From Dehalococcoidia bacterium (GTDB lineage Bacteria; Chloroflexota; Dehalococcoidia; Dehalococcoidales; DAOWLH01): a stretch of 28,998 nt of DNA. Positions within the stretch are counted from its first letter, which is position 1, and the number at the start of each line of letters is the position of its first letter. Below, piece by piece: positions 19,235 to 27,849 of this stretch. A program made the translations under genes and the position numbers. Where the stretch lies: NCBI GenBank assembly GCA_030643515.1, contig DAOWLH010000100.1, positions 1 through 28,998 of the forward strand. Reading direction: 5' to 3'. The notes beneath the pieces were generated by a model that worked only from the letters and a program-made list of their open reading frames with translations, was not told where the DNA came from and made no database searches.

Positions 19235-19472
19235 TTTCCCGCTCCTTATCGCTCAACTCCTTAAGCGACCATTCTTCTTGGTCCTCATTATAGCAGAGTT
19301 GGAACGATTTGCTATCCCCGGTTTTAACCCGAAAACACTTTTTGCCCGGCTGCCGCCATTCCTTTTCCACCTCCGCCACCTGATATTCAACGCCCCGCCA
19401 GGTGAAAGAGATCGGCCTTTCGGCATAGGTGTGGCCGGAATAGCAGCTTACTTCGAGGTTTTCCAACCCCAT
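19227..19472 (-). CDS. small conserved protein, DUF6504-like
   Basis: EVSCYSGHTYAERPISFTW...W..PG...FRV.T pattern. ATG at 19472 sits inside the repeat tail; the stop overlaps the Lrp start. Confidence 0.7.
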   Translation of the reverse strand: MGLENLEVSCYSGHTYAERPISFTWRGVEYQVAEVEKEWRQPGKKCFRVKTGDSKSFQLCYNEDQEEWSLKELSDKERENA

Positions 19473-19968
19473 CCCCTTTATCCCCTTCCCCTTGATAAGG
19501 GGAAGGGGAAACAATTTTAATAGAGGGGCTAGCGCCCCTCTTAAACTCCGGCTCTCTTACGGCCTTCTTGGAGTTGCAGGATTTACACAGCGTTTGGAGA
19601 TTGATTAAAACTGTCTCTCCGCCCTTGGATTCTGGATATTTGTGGTCAACTGACAGACTTCGTCTGGACCCACATTGTACGCAAGTAAAATTATCTCGCT
19701 CCCATACTTCCCACCTTAATTCACTGGGTATGGGTATTTTTTTGATTGAGTTAGTTGAGTTAGGCATCCGATTTTTTGGAGAACTTGAACCAAAGGAGGA
19801 GTCGTGGAGTTCCATTATGCAGTCACAGCATAATGAAAAATCTTTTTCAGCCCAGTAAAAGTGTCCTGGCCATCCAAACTCCCCCTTATCGCTTTCTAGC
19901 TTACACATATCGCATTTATGTACATCTACCATATCACCGCATAGAAACATTTTTCTGTCTAATTTCAT
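19387..19968 (-). CDS. HNH endonuclease with N-terminal Cys-rich (Zn-binding-like) segment; C-terminal tail read through a repeat
   Basis: LRWEVWERDNFTCVQCG...VDHKYPESKGG...NLQTLCKSCNSKK; N-terminal CDMC...CCDC; SD GGAGGGG directly after the gatA stop; visibly AT-richer than flanking genes. Confidence 0.85.
   Translation of the reverse strand: MKLDRKMFLCGDMVDVHKCDMCKLESDKGEFGWPGHFYWAEKDFSLCCDCIMELHDSSFGSSSPKNRMPNSTNSIKKIPIPSELRWEVWERDNFTCVQCGSRRSLSVDHKYPESKGGETVLINLQTLCKSCNSKKAVREPEFKRGASPSIKIVSPSPYQGEGDKGDGVGKPRSKLLFRPHLCRKADLFHLAGR
19466..19546 (-). repeat. REP-like double-hairpin repeat, copy 2
   Basis: AGAGGGGC(19522-19529)/GCCCCTCT(19534-19541) and TCCCCTTCCCCTT(19481-19493)/AAGGGGAAGGGGA(19497-19509). 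Shares GTTTAAGAGGGG and GGGGATAAAGGGG with copy 1. Confidence 0.8.
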
Positions 19969-19981
19969 TTCATTCCCCTCC

Positions 19982-21442
19982 CTAAATCCCCGGTCTCATC
20001 TTATGCCAGTCCGTTGCCTGCTGGTAGGCGTGGGCGATTTTGAGTATCGTTTCCTCGTCAAAGGGCTTGCCGATAATCTGCAAGCCTATGGGCAGCCCGT
20101 CGGCGAAACCGGCGGGGATGGAGATGGCCGGAAGGCCAGCGATGTTTATCGGCAGGGTGCAGACATCGGAGAGGTACATCTGGAGCGGGTCGTCAACCTT
20201 TTCGCCAATCTTGAAGGGAACGGTGGGTGAGGTGGGCGTTATCAGGGCGTCATAGCTCTCAAAGGCCCGGTCAAACTCCCTACGTATCAGGGTGCGCACC
20301 TTCTGCGCCTTGAGGTACCAGGCATCATAGTAGCCGGCGGACAGGGCGTAGGTGCCCAGCATGATGCGCCGCTTCACTTCAGGGCCGAAGCCGTACTGGC
20401 GGGTCTTTTCCATTGCCCGCCACATGCTGTCAGCATCCTGATATGAAAAACCGTACTTGACGCCGTCATAGCGGGCTAGATTGGCCGAGGCCTCGGAGGG
20501 GGCGATAATATAATAGACAGCCAGGGCATAGGGTGTGCTAGGCAGTGAAACCTCCCAGTCAATGACGGCACCAAGCCCTTCTAGCCTGGCGATAGCAGCC
20601 TGTATCGCCCGGATAACCTCTTCCTGCATCCCCTCGACGAAGTATTCCCCGGGCACGCCGAGGCGAAGCCCCTTGATGTCGCCGTTCAAACCACAGGTAT
20701 AATCGGTCACGGGCAAGGGGACCGAGGTAGAATCCCTCCTGTCAAATCCGGATATAGCATTCAATACCAGGGCGGCATCGGTGACATCGCTTGTCAACGG
20801 GCCAATCTGGTCAAGGGAGCTGGCAAAGGCGACCAGGCCGTAGCGGCTTACCCTGCCATAGGTCGGCTTCAGGCCGGTAACGCTGCAGAAGCTGGCCGGC
20901 TGGCGGATACTACCGCCGGTATCCGAGCCCAGGGCATAGATGGCCTCACCGGCAGCCACCGCCGCCGCCGAGCCGCCGCTGGAGCCCCCGGGCACCCGGC
21001 CCAGGTCCCAGGGGTTATGGGTGACAAAGAAGGCCGAGTTCTCGGTGGAAGAGCCCATGGCAAACTCGTCCATGTTGGTCTTGCCGACCATCACTGCCCC
21101 GCAACCGCTCAGCCTCTCCATCACCGTGGCGTCGTAGGGAGGGACATAGTTCTCCAGCATCTTTGATGAGCAGGTAGTCCTCACCCCCCTGGTGCTGATG
21201 ACATCCTTGATTAGCACCGGGATACCGCAAAGCGGATTGCCGTTACCACTGGCTATCCTCTGGTCGGCTGCTCTTGCCTGCTCCATAGCCATCTCCCCGG
21301 TGACGGTGACAACTGCCCTGACACTGGGCTCTATTTTATCAATGCGCTCAAGCGCCGCCCGGGTAAGCTCCACCGATGACACCTGCCTGTCCGCAAGCAG
21401 CCGGTGTGCTTCATGAATGGTCAGTTGCTTTCCGTCTGACAA
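19982..21442 (-). CDS. gatA: Asp/Glu-tRNA amidotransferase subunit A
   Basis: [61 protein letters not shown]; TTG start behind AAGGAG. Confidence 0.97.
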   Translation of the reverse strand: MSDGKQLTIHEAHRLLADRQVSSVELTRAALERIDKIEPSVRAVVTVTGEMAMEQARAADQRIASGNGNPLCGIPVLIKDVISTRGVRTTCSSKMLENYVPPYDATVMERLSGCGAVMVGKTNMDEFAMGSSTENSAFFVTHNPWDLGRVPGGSSGGSAAAVAAGEAIYALGSDTGGSIRQPASFCSVTGLKPTYGRVSRYGLVAFASSLDQIGPLTSDVTDAALVLNAISGFDRRDSTSVPLPVTDYTCGLNGDIKGLRLGVPGEYFVEGMQEEVIRAIQAAIARLEGLGAVIDWEVSLPSTPYALAVYYIIAPSEASANLARYDGVKYGFSYQDADSMWRAMEKTRQYGFGPEVKRRIMLGTYALSAGYYDAWYLKAQKVRTLIRREFDRAFESYDALITPTSPTVPFKIGEKVDDPLQMYLSDVCTLPINIAGLPAISIPAGFADGLPIGLQIIGKPFDEETILKIAHAYQQATDWHKMRPGI

Positions 21443-21466
21443 TGTTTTCTCCTTATATATAAGCTC

Positions 21467-22177
21467 TCATTCCACTAACCTACCCACTGGCATTATGTAA
21501 AGTGGCACTTCATCCGCAGACAGTTTCAGGATTTCGGCCACCCTATCATCATCAAAAGCACCGATAACCACCGTGCCCAATTTCAGAGATACCGCTTGCA
21601 GATAGACATTCTGGGCAGCATGGCCGACCTCCATATGAACGTAGCGGATACCCCGCTCACCATACCTGTCCGTCGTTCTTTCATAGACGGCGGTAAAGAC
21701 AATATCTATGGCGCCATCAGCAATCCACTGCTGATTAAGGGCAGCCCTGGCCAAATCACCCCTCAGGTCACCGGCAACCACCCGCACCAGTTCGTGCTGC
21801 TCCGGCAGATAGCGGTATATCCCCGGTGCAACACCGGAAACGTCACCAACGACAAGATATACCTCCAGCGGATAGGTTGCTCCGGCCGAGGGAGCTGCCC
21901 TGAAAAAACCCGCGGGGTCAGTGATCCCCTGAGCCACCCACAGGAGTTGGGACACCGTTTCAAGGCTCAAGGGCTCCTCGGCATATCCCCTTACCGACCG
22001 CCGCTCGAGCAAAGCCTCCTCTACCGAGACAGTGCCATCATACTTCGGCTCGGGCAGGAATATCCTGACCTCGTCTCCGGCCTCTGGCAGCCCGCCATCG
22101 GCGCCTGCGCAGGCCGAGAAATTGAGGGATAGAACTATCAGAGACATCATAGCTGCCAATCCTCTGCCAATCATCAC
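21467..22177 (-). CDS. SagB/ThcOx-family dehydrogenase (nitroreductase fold) with lipoprotein-type signal
   Basis: LPEP...VEEALLERRSVR, RAAPSAGATYPLE, RYVHMEVGHAAQN, GTVVIGAF; N-terminal hydrophobic stretch ending FSAC. Confidence 0.88.
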   Translation of the reverse strand: MMIGRGLAAMMSLIVLSLNFSACAGADGGLPEAGDEVRIFLPEPKYDGTVSVEEALLERRSVRGYAEEPLSLETVSQLLWVAQGITDPAGFFRAAPSAGATYPLEVYLVVGDVSGVAPGIYRYLPEQHELVRVVAGDLRGDLARAALNQQWIADGAIDIVFTAVYERTTDRYGERGIRYVHMEVGHAAQNVYLQAVSLKLGTVVIGAFDDDRVAEILKLSADEVPLYIMPVGRLVE

Positions 22178-22215
22178 CAGCCTCCCTGCCCGCCAATCAA
22201 GGCTATAGAATCGCC

Positions 22216-22503
22216 CTATTCCAGTACGGCTTTTACCCGGAAGAAGTCCCCCTCCTTATTCGGCGCATTTGCCAGTACCTGTTTCGTGGGCAAAGAAACC
22301 TCGGCCTCATCATCTTTCATTACATTCCGCATTATATTGGGCTGGGCTGTAGGCGGGATACCTTCTGTATTCACTTGCTGCAGCACTTCAAAGTGCCCCA
22401 GGAGATGGGACAACTGCTCGCTGAGCCTGTCCACCTCTGCTTCGGTCAGACCCAGCCGGGCCAGCCGGGCGATGCGCAGCACCTCTTCACGGCTTAGCTT
22501 CAT
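22216..22503 (-). CDS. gatC: Asp/Glu-tRNA amidotransferase subunit C
   Basis: MKLSREEVLRIARLARL...VNTEGIPPT...FFRVKAVLE; SD GGAGG. Confidence 0.95.
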   Translation of the reverse strand: MKLSREEVLRIARLARLGLTEAEVDRLSEQLSHLLGHFEVLQQVNTEGIPPTAQPNIMRNVMKDDEAEVSLPTKQVLANAPNKEGDFFRVKAVLE

Positions 22504-22526
22504 TTCTTGCCTCCTACCCTGCCGCC

Positions 22527-22575
22527 ATTATAGCACCCGAATTTGACAGCGGGCAAACAGGCCCCGTGCTATAAT
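22527..22575. promoter_or_regulatory. back-to-back extended -10 promoters for gatC (-) and nfeD (+)
   Basis: Perfect 10-bp inverted pair ATTATAGCAC(22527-22536)...GTGCTATAAT(22566-22575). The nfeD ATG follows 7 nt after TATAAT. Confidence 0.6.
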
Positions 22576-22582
22576 AACAGGC

Positions 22583-22966
22583 ATGAGCGGCCGTCTGATA
22601 CTGGCCATTATTAGCGTTCTTGTAGAAGAAGCCGCCCTGGCGGTTATCGTTCTGGTTGGTCTGCCCGGGCTGGACATCAACATACCTGTGGCCGGCCTCA
22701 TAGCAATTATGATAGCCTGGCTGGCAATCTCGGTGCTCATCTACCGGGCAGGCAGCCGCGCCCTGAAGAGGAAGCCGTTAACCGGCCTGGAGACAATGGT
22801 AGGCACCAGGGGCAAGTCCTTAAGTCCGCTGGACCCCGATGGGCTGGTCAGTATCGGCGGCGAGTACTGGCAGGCCAGAGCAGCCTCGGGTAAGATTGCC
22901 GCCGGCGATAGGATTATTGTCGTCTCCCAGAGAGGCAGCAAGCTGGTTGTCCGCTCCGGTGACTAG
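22583..22966 (+). CDS. NfeD-family membrane protein (short form, C-terminal OB fold)
   Basis: N-terminal TM segments, MVGTRG...LDPDGLVSIGGEYWQARA...GDRIIVV. Confidence 0.85.
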   Translation: MSGRLILAIISVLVEEAALAVIVLVGLPGLDINIPVAGLIAIMIAWLAISVLIYRAGSRALKRKPLTGLETMVGTRGKSLSPLDPDGLVSIGGEYWQARAASGKIAAGDRIIVVSQRGSKLVVRSGD

Positions 22967-23044
22967 GCTTCTGCACCGCTGAATTGCTCTTAAACCGGCG
23001 GAGATGATATAATGCCCACTCACAGGACTCACGGAGGACAAGAT

Positions 23045-23758
23045 ATGGACATCATCCCGGCTGTAGATATAAGAGATGGCAAGTGTGTCCGCCTCTACCA
23101 GGGCGACTACGGCATGGAGACCGTCTTTTCTGACGACCCGGTGGCAATGGCCTTGAAGTGGCAGTCACTGGGGGCAACCAGACTCCATATTGTTGACCTC
23201 GACGGAGCCGCCGCCGGTAAGCCGGGCAACCTTAAAGCAATTACCGGCATCGCCAATACAGTGGTCGTCCCCATCCAGGTAGGCGGCGGCATCCGCCAGC
23301 TGGAGACAATGGAAAATCTACTCAAGCTTGGCGTTGAACGCATCATTCTGGGCACAGTCGCCATCGAAAACCAGGACCTTGTCCGCCAGGCATGCCGCCG
23401 CTTCGGACAGGCGGTGGCCGTTAGCATTGACTCCCGGGAAGGAAAGGCGTCAACACATGGCTGGCAGCAGGATACAGAAGCTGGCGTCTTAGACCTGGCC
23501 CATTCGTTGATAAAACTGGGAGTGAAGCGCTTTATTTTTACCGATATCAGCCGCGATGGCACCCTGACGGAGCCAAACTTCAGCGCCATCCTGGAACTGG
23601 TGGATGCGGTCAGGTACCCGGTTATCGCTTCTGGTGGAGTTTCATCAATCAGCCACCTCAAGGTGCTGAAAAAGCTCGGCGTTGAGGGAGCCATAATCGG
23701 TAAAGCCCTCTATACCAATGACATTAACCTAAAAGAGGCACTGGCAACAGTCAATTAG
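23045..23758 (+). CDS. hisA: ProFAR isomerase
   Basis: IIPAVDIRDGKCVRLYQGD, HIVDLDGA, QVGGGIR, FTDISRDGTL, ASGGV; SD GGAGG before ATG 23045. Confidence 0.95.
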   Translation: MDIIPAVDIRDGKCVRLYQGDYGMETVFSDDPVAMALKWQSLGATRLHIVDLDGAAAGKPGNLKAITGIANTVVVPIQVGGGIRQLETMENLLKLGVERIILGTVAIENQDLVRQACRRFGQAVAVSIDSREGKASTHGWQQDTEAGVLDLAHSLIKLGVKRFIFTDISRDGTLTEPNFSAILELVDAVRYPVIASGGVSSISHLKVLKKLGVEGAIIGKALYTNDINLKEALATVN

Positions 23759-23774
23759 CGAGGTTTTTTCCATT

Positions 23775-24110
23775 ATGAAGTTTGACAGCAAAGGACTTGT
23801 TCCAGCCATCATACAGGACGCCGACACCAGTGAGGTACTGATGCTGGGCTACATTAACCAGCAGTCACTGGAGCTTACCCTTTCCAGTGGTGAAGTCTGG
23901 TTCTACAGCCGCAGCCGAAAGGAGCTATGGCACAAAGGGGCTACTTCGGGCAACCGCCTCATAGTGCGCCAGATGTGGCAGGACTGTGACAGCGACACCC
24001 TTCTGATAAAGGTAAATCCGGCGGGGCCGGTGTGCCATACAGGTGAAAGGAGCTGCTTCTTCCGACAGCTGGATTCCGCCAGTCCAGGGCATCAGGAAGA
24101 GTCCGGCTGA
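23775..24110 (+). CDS. hisI: phosphoribosyl-AMP cyclohydrolase
   Basis: GLVPAIIQD, FYSRSR.ELWHKGATSGN, DCDSD, CHTGERSCF. Confidence 0.95.
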   Translation: MKFDSKGLVPAIIQDADTSEVLMLGYINQQSLELTLSSGEVWFYSRSRKELWHKGATSGNRLIVRQMWQDCDSDTLLIKVNPAGPVCHTGERSCFFRQLDSASPGHQEESG

Positions 24111-24991
24111 GCCTCCTCTTCTCCCTCCCCATCAACGACCAGCGCCTGCTGTAGTGCTGCCACGGCAACCTCAATCTGTTTATCGTCCGGCTCCCGGGTT
24201 GTCAGGCGCTGCAGCCACAGGCCGGGGGCAACCAGCGCCCTAACCAGGACATTATTCATATGCCGGGCGCCATACTGGGTCGCTTCGTAGCCCAGAGCGG
24301 CGATAACCGGCAGCAGCAGCACACGCGACAGCACCATCAACCAGACCACCTGACGCCCGATGAGGGCAAAAACGATGATGGCAATAACCAGCACCGCCAG
24401 CAGAAAGGCGGTGCCGCAACGGGCATGGGCAGTGCTGTATTTCTGTACCGCCTCCGCCTCCAGAGGAACGCCATCCTCATAGGCATGTATAGTCTTGTGC
24501 TCGGCGCCATGGTAGGCAAATACCTTCCTTATATCAGGCAAAAAGGATATCGCCATCATGTAGCCCAGCAAAATAACCAGCCGGATACCCCCCTCAATCA
24601 GGTGAAAGACCAGGGATGAGTTGATATAGGGGTCAATAACTCGGGTTAAGAACAGGGGGGCTAAAAAGAAAAGACCAACGGCAAAGGCTATCGAGACCAG
24701 CAGTACCAGCCAGGTGGCTCCCCGGGATAGCTCTTCTCCTTCTTCCTCAAGGGATACATTGGCCGAGTAAACCAGGCTACTAATACCCAGTACCAGTGCT
24801 TCCAGCAGAACGATGACACCACGGATAAAGGGAACTTGCCTTAAACGACCGGTATATATGGCCGGTAGCGGCCTGATATTTAAGGCCAGCTCACCGTTGG
24901 GGCGGCGGACAGCTACCACAGCCGCCTTCTTTCCGCGAATCATAACCCCTTCCATAACCGCCTGCCCGCCGTAGTGAAACTCTCTTGCCAT
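24092..24991 (-). CDS. DUF1385 family membrane protein (YqhQ-like)
   Basis: YGGQAVMEGVMIRG, FAYHGAEHKTI, HARCGTAF, LWLQRLTTREPDD. Confidence 0.9.
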   Translation of the reverse strand: MAREFHYGGQAVMEGVMIRGKKAAVVAVRRPNGELALNIRPLPAIYTGRLRQVPFIRGVIVLLEALVLGISSLVYSANVSLEEEGEELSRGATWLVLLVSIAFAVGLFFLAPLFLTRVIDPYINSSLVFHLIEGGIRLVILLGYMMAISFLPDIRKVFAYHGAEHKTIHAYEDGVPLEAEAVQKYSTAHARCGTAFLLAVLVIAIIVFALIGRQVVWLMVLSRVLLLPVIAALGYEATQYGARHMNNVLVRALVAPGLWLQRLTTREPDDKQIEVAVAALQQALVVDGEGEEEAQPDSS

Positions 24992-25001
24992 ACTTACTCC
25001 A

Positions 25002-25033
25002 ATAAAAAAGGAGCGGAACCGGTGAGCCGCTCC
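25002..25033 (-). terminator. intrinsic terminator after rpmE
   Basis: Minus strand: GGAGCGG-ctcaccggtt-CCGCTCC followed by TTTTTTAT. Confidence 0.75.
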
Positions 25034-25053
25034 TCGGTCTGCTTGCACACCTG

Positions 25054-25260
25054 CTAGTCCTTAATCTTATAGCGCTGCTTGAAGCGCTCAACGCGTCCGG
25101 CGGTATCAATCAGGCGGCGTTCGCCGGTGAAAAACGGGTGACAGGCGCTGCACAGCTCCACTTTCAGTGTTTTCCTGGTAGAGCCAATGGTGAAAGTATT
25201 GCCGCAGGAGCAGATTACCTGGGCGTCTTCATAATACTTGGGGTGAATCTTCTCTTTCAT
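25054..25260 (-). CDS. rpmE: 50S ribosomal protein L31 (Zn-binding form)
   Basis: [29 protein letters not shown]. Confidence 0.97.
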   Translation of the reverse strand: MKEKIHPKYYEDAQVICSCGNTFTIGSTRKTLKVELCSACHPFFTGERRLIDTAGRVERFKQRYKIKD

Positions 25261-25265
25261 ATGCC

Positions 25266-25520
25266 TTAACCAGAGTATACGCTGGCCCTTTTCCTGTCTT
25301 TTCCCGCCGGCTCGTATTTGACGTTTCCGTCAATCAGGGCGAACAGCGTAAAGTCCCGTCCCATGCCGACATTGTTGCCCGGATGAATTCTGGTACCTCT
25401 CTGGCGTACCAGAATGGTGCCCGCATTAACAGTCTCGCCAGCATACCGCTTCACTCCCAGCCGCTTCGACTGGCTGTCACGGCCGTTTCGTGTAGAGCCG
25501 CCGCCCTTCTTATGTGCCAC
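25266..25520 (-). CDS. rpmA: 50S ribosomal protein L27
   Basis: [28 protein letters not shown]. Confidence 0.98.
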   Translation of the reverse strand: MAHKKGGGSTRNGRDSQSKRLGVKRYAGETVNAGTILVRQRGTRIHPGNNVGMGRDFTLFALIDGNVKYEPAGKDRKRASVYSG

Positions 25521-25890
25521 TTTCGGTTACCTCTTTCTTGCGCCGGCGGGGCTTCTTTGCAGGTGCTGCTTCAGCCCCCGGCTGGCTTATCTTGTCTATG
25601 GTCAATCTGGTAAAAAGCTGGCGATGCCCCGTCTTCTTGCGGTAACGAACCTTCGGCTTGTACTTGAAGACAACAATCTTACTCCCCTTACCATCACCAG
25701 TTGAGGTAGCCACTACTTTCGCCCCCTCAATGGTGGGCTTGCCAACAGTAACCTTTTTGCCATCGGCTATCAGCAAAACCCGGTCCAGCTCCACGGTATC
25801 ACCCTCGGCCACGCCGAGACGGTCTACCTCTATGCTCTGACCAGGAGCTACCGAATACTGCTTGCCGCCAGTTTCAATAACCGCGTAAAT
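25510..25890 (-). CDS. rplU: 50S ribosomal protein L21; probable ATT start (alternative ATG at 25911)
   Basis: [25 protein letters not shown]; GGAGGT-N6-ATT-TAC-GCG. Confidence 0.95.
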   Translation of the reverse strand: MYAVIETGGKQYSVAPGQSIEVDRLGVAEGDTVELDRVLLIADGKKVTVGKPTIEGAKVVATSTGDGKGSKIVVFKYKPKVRYRKKTGHRQLFTRLTIDKISQPGAEAAPAKKPRRRKKEVTESGT

Positions 25891-25930
25891 GTGAGCACCT
25901 CCATATAGCATAAACCGTTCATTCTACCAG

Positions 25931-26539
25931 CTACTTTTGCCGGCTGTCAAACTGCCGCTGCCGCCACTGCCCTTCTACCCTGCCTTTAAGCTCACCCAGA
26001 CTGCAATCGGTGTCTATGACCGCAGTGGCATGCTTAACCTTCTCCTCCTGGGATAACTGAGCGCGTATACGGGCCTCCGCCTCCTCATGGGACAGCCCCA
26101 TTCCCTGCTCAAGACGCTTAAGAACAACATCCTCAGGGGCGACGGTAACCCAGAGTTCATCAACCAGCGCAGTCCACCGGGCTTCGATAAGCAGCGGGGC
26201 TTCAATGACCACCACCTCAACCCCCTGCCCTTGGTATTGCTCCATTCTTGAGCGCACTTCGTCACCAATAAGCGGGTGCATTATTCTGTTCAGGTAGGCC
26301 AGGTCCGGTGGACTGTTAAATACAATCTCAGCCAGCTTCTGTCGGTTAATCAGACCATCGGGCTCCAGCACCTGCCGGCCGAAAGCGCCCGCTACTGCCT
26401 GATATGCCTGACCCCCGGGCTTAAGAAGCTCATGTCCAATCTTATCGGCATCTATGACCACTGCCCCCAACTCCTTCAATAACCGGGTGACGGTAGTCTT
26501 GCCGCTGCCGATGCCGCCGGTAACACCTATCACTCTCAT
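25931..26539 (-). CDS. coaE: dephospho-CoA kinase
   Basis: IGVTGGIGSGKTT, DADKIGH, HPLI, EAPLL, RIRAQ. Confidence 0.95.
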   Translation of the reverse strand: MRVIGVTGGIGSGKTTVTRLLKELGAVVIDADKIGHELLKPGGQAYQAVAGAFGRQVLEPDGLINRQKLAEIVFNSPPDLAYLNRIMHPLIGDEVRSRMEQYQGQGVEVVVIEAPLLIEARWTALVDELWVTVAPEDVVLKRLEQGMGLSHEEAEARIRAQLSQEEKVKHATAVIDTDCSLGELKGRVEGQWRQRQFDSRQK

Positions 26540-26630
26540 AGCTTAGTCAGTCTATCTGCTCCCAGGCAGGCAGTCAAGGTTTGGCTGATAGCCTGTCATA
26601 GTGTAAACTTGGTTACCGACAGGATGCTCT

Positions 26631-27539
26631 ATGGAAGTTAGCTGGATAAACATAGCCGTAATAAGCGCCGCCCTCCTGGGACTGGTAAACATCGTTGATA
26701 GCCACCTCCTCACCAGGCGGATGCCCAGCTTCCAGGTGTATCTGTTGCTGGTCAGCCCCTTTATCCTGTTCTCCGGCATCGTCTTTGCCTTTCTCTTCCC
26801 CCTGCCGGACAATCTTAGCGCCTGGCAGATACTGGTGGCCGTAGGTGCCGGTTTGCTGCGCGCCGTATCGGTCATCATCCTGCTATATACGCTAAAAAAA
26901 GAGGAGGTGTCACGGGCTATTCCGGTGGTCGCCATCTACCCCATCTTCGTTGCCACCATGGCGGTACCGCTTCTTGGCGAAGTATTGACCGGGGTACCAC
27001 TCGCTGCCATTGCCGTTGTCGTCGTCGGTGCCGTAGTGATCTCGGCAAGAAGGATGCCAGGCCGTCCAACCAAATGGCTGGGGACTACTTTCTTCCTCCT
27101 TCTGGCTTCCAGCATCCTGCTGGCGCTGGCCGACTTAACCAGCAAGTACGCCCTAGGCTACCTCTCCTCCTGGAACATCTACTGGATTAGTATACTTGTT
27201 TTGAGCGTAATTGCTGTTCTCTTATCGCTACGTCGCCACTCGGTAGCGCAACTTACCAGGATTAAAAACCCCCGTACTTCGCTGGCACTCGTCATCCTCA
27301 ATGAGACGCTGGTGGTGACCGGGGCGCTAATGCTCTTCTGGGCGATGGAACGCGGGCCGGTATCACTGGTGTCCACCATCGCCAGCACCCGCCCCGTCTT
27401 TGTGCTTATCTACGTCCTCATCCTGAGCCGTTTCCGGCCGGCGTTTCTGCTGGAAAGGATGGGAAGGACAACGCTGGCAATCCGGTTGGCCGCTACCGCC
27501 CTGATTGCCGGTGGAATCGCTATGATATATCTGACCTGA
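26631..27539 (+). CDS. EamA/DMT-family transporter
   Basis: About 10 hydrophobic segments in two repeated halves; EVSRAIP and PVSLVSTI motifs. Confidence 0.85.
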   Translation: MEVSWINIAVISAALLGLVNIVDSHLLTRRMPSFQVYLLLVSPFILFSGIVFAFLFPLPDNLSAWQILVAVGAGLLRAVSVIILLYTLKKEEVSRAIPVVAIYPIFVATMAVPLLGEVLTGVPLAAIAVVVVGAVVISARRMPGRPTKWLGTTFFLLLASSILLALADLTSKYALGYLSSWNIYWISILVLSVIAVLLSLRRHSVAQLTRIKNPRTSLALVILNETLVVTGALMLFWAMERGPVSLVSTIASTRPVFVLIYVLILSRFRPAFLLERMGRTTLAIRLAATALIAGGIAMIYLT

Positions 27540-27849
27540 AGCTCCACCATCTTGCCCGAGGTATTCAAAGGTAAGCCACACTTAGAAGAGCTTCTACAGC
27601 GAAAGCATTCCATCTAGCTAGGTCTTCCCCCATGTAGTAACTTCCTGATAAGATAAGTAAGGTTGACATCAGACATTTCCTACACTATTACTACCATAAT
27701 CCTACATTGAATAGGAATATCTAATTAGTTTATATGCTTACCTATGTAACATAAGGAGGTGCTGATAATCAATATAATGCAATAAGGGGCGGTGAAGTGG
27801 TGTTCATCACTTAGAAGCTCATTAATCAAGATAAGGGGGAAACTAGATA

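Noticed and set aside
21467-22177. RiPP (azole) biosynthetic cluster around the SagB/ThcOx gene
   Set aside because: No YcaO cyclodehydratase, precursor peptide or transporter is nearby.
651-27613. Numerous overlapping antisense or alternate-frame ORFs in the track (e.g. 872-1567, 9745-10266, 21596-22132, 23107-23694)
   Set aside because: They are shadows of well-conserved genes on the opposite strand or frame, typical of GC-rich DNA, with no motifs.
27745-27815. SD-like AAGGAGGT and AAGGGG followed by micro-ORFs (leader peptides)
   Set aside because: Only 4-6 codons with no informative codon runs. The hairpin at 27795 has no upstream TGA at SECIS spacing.
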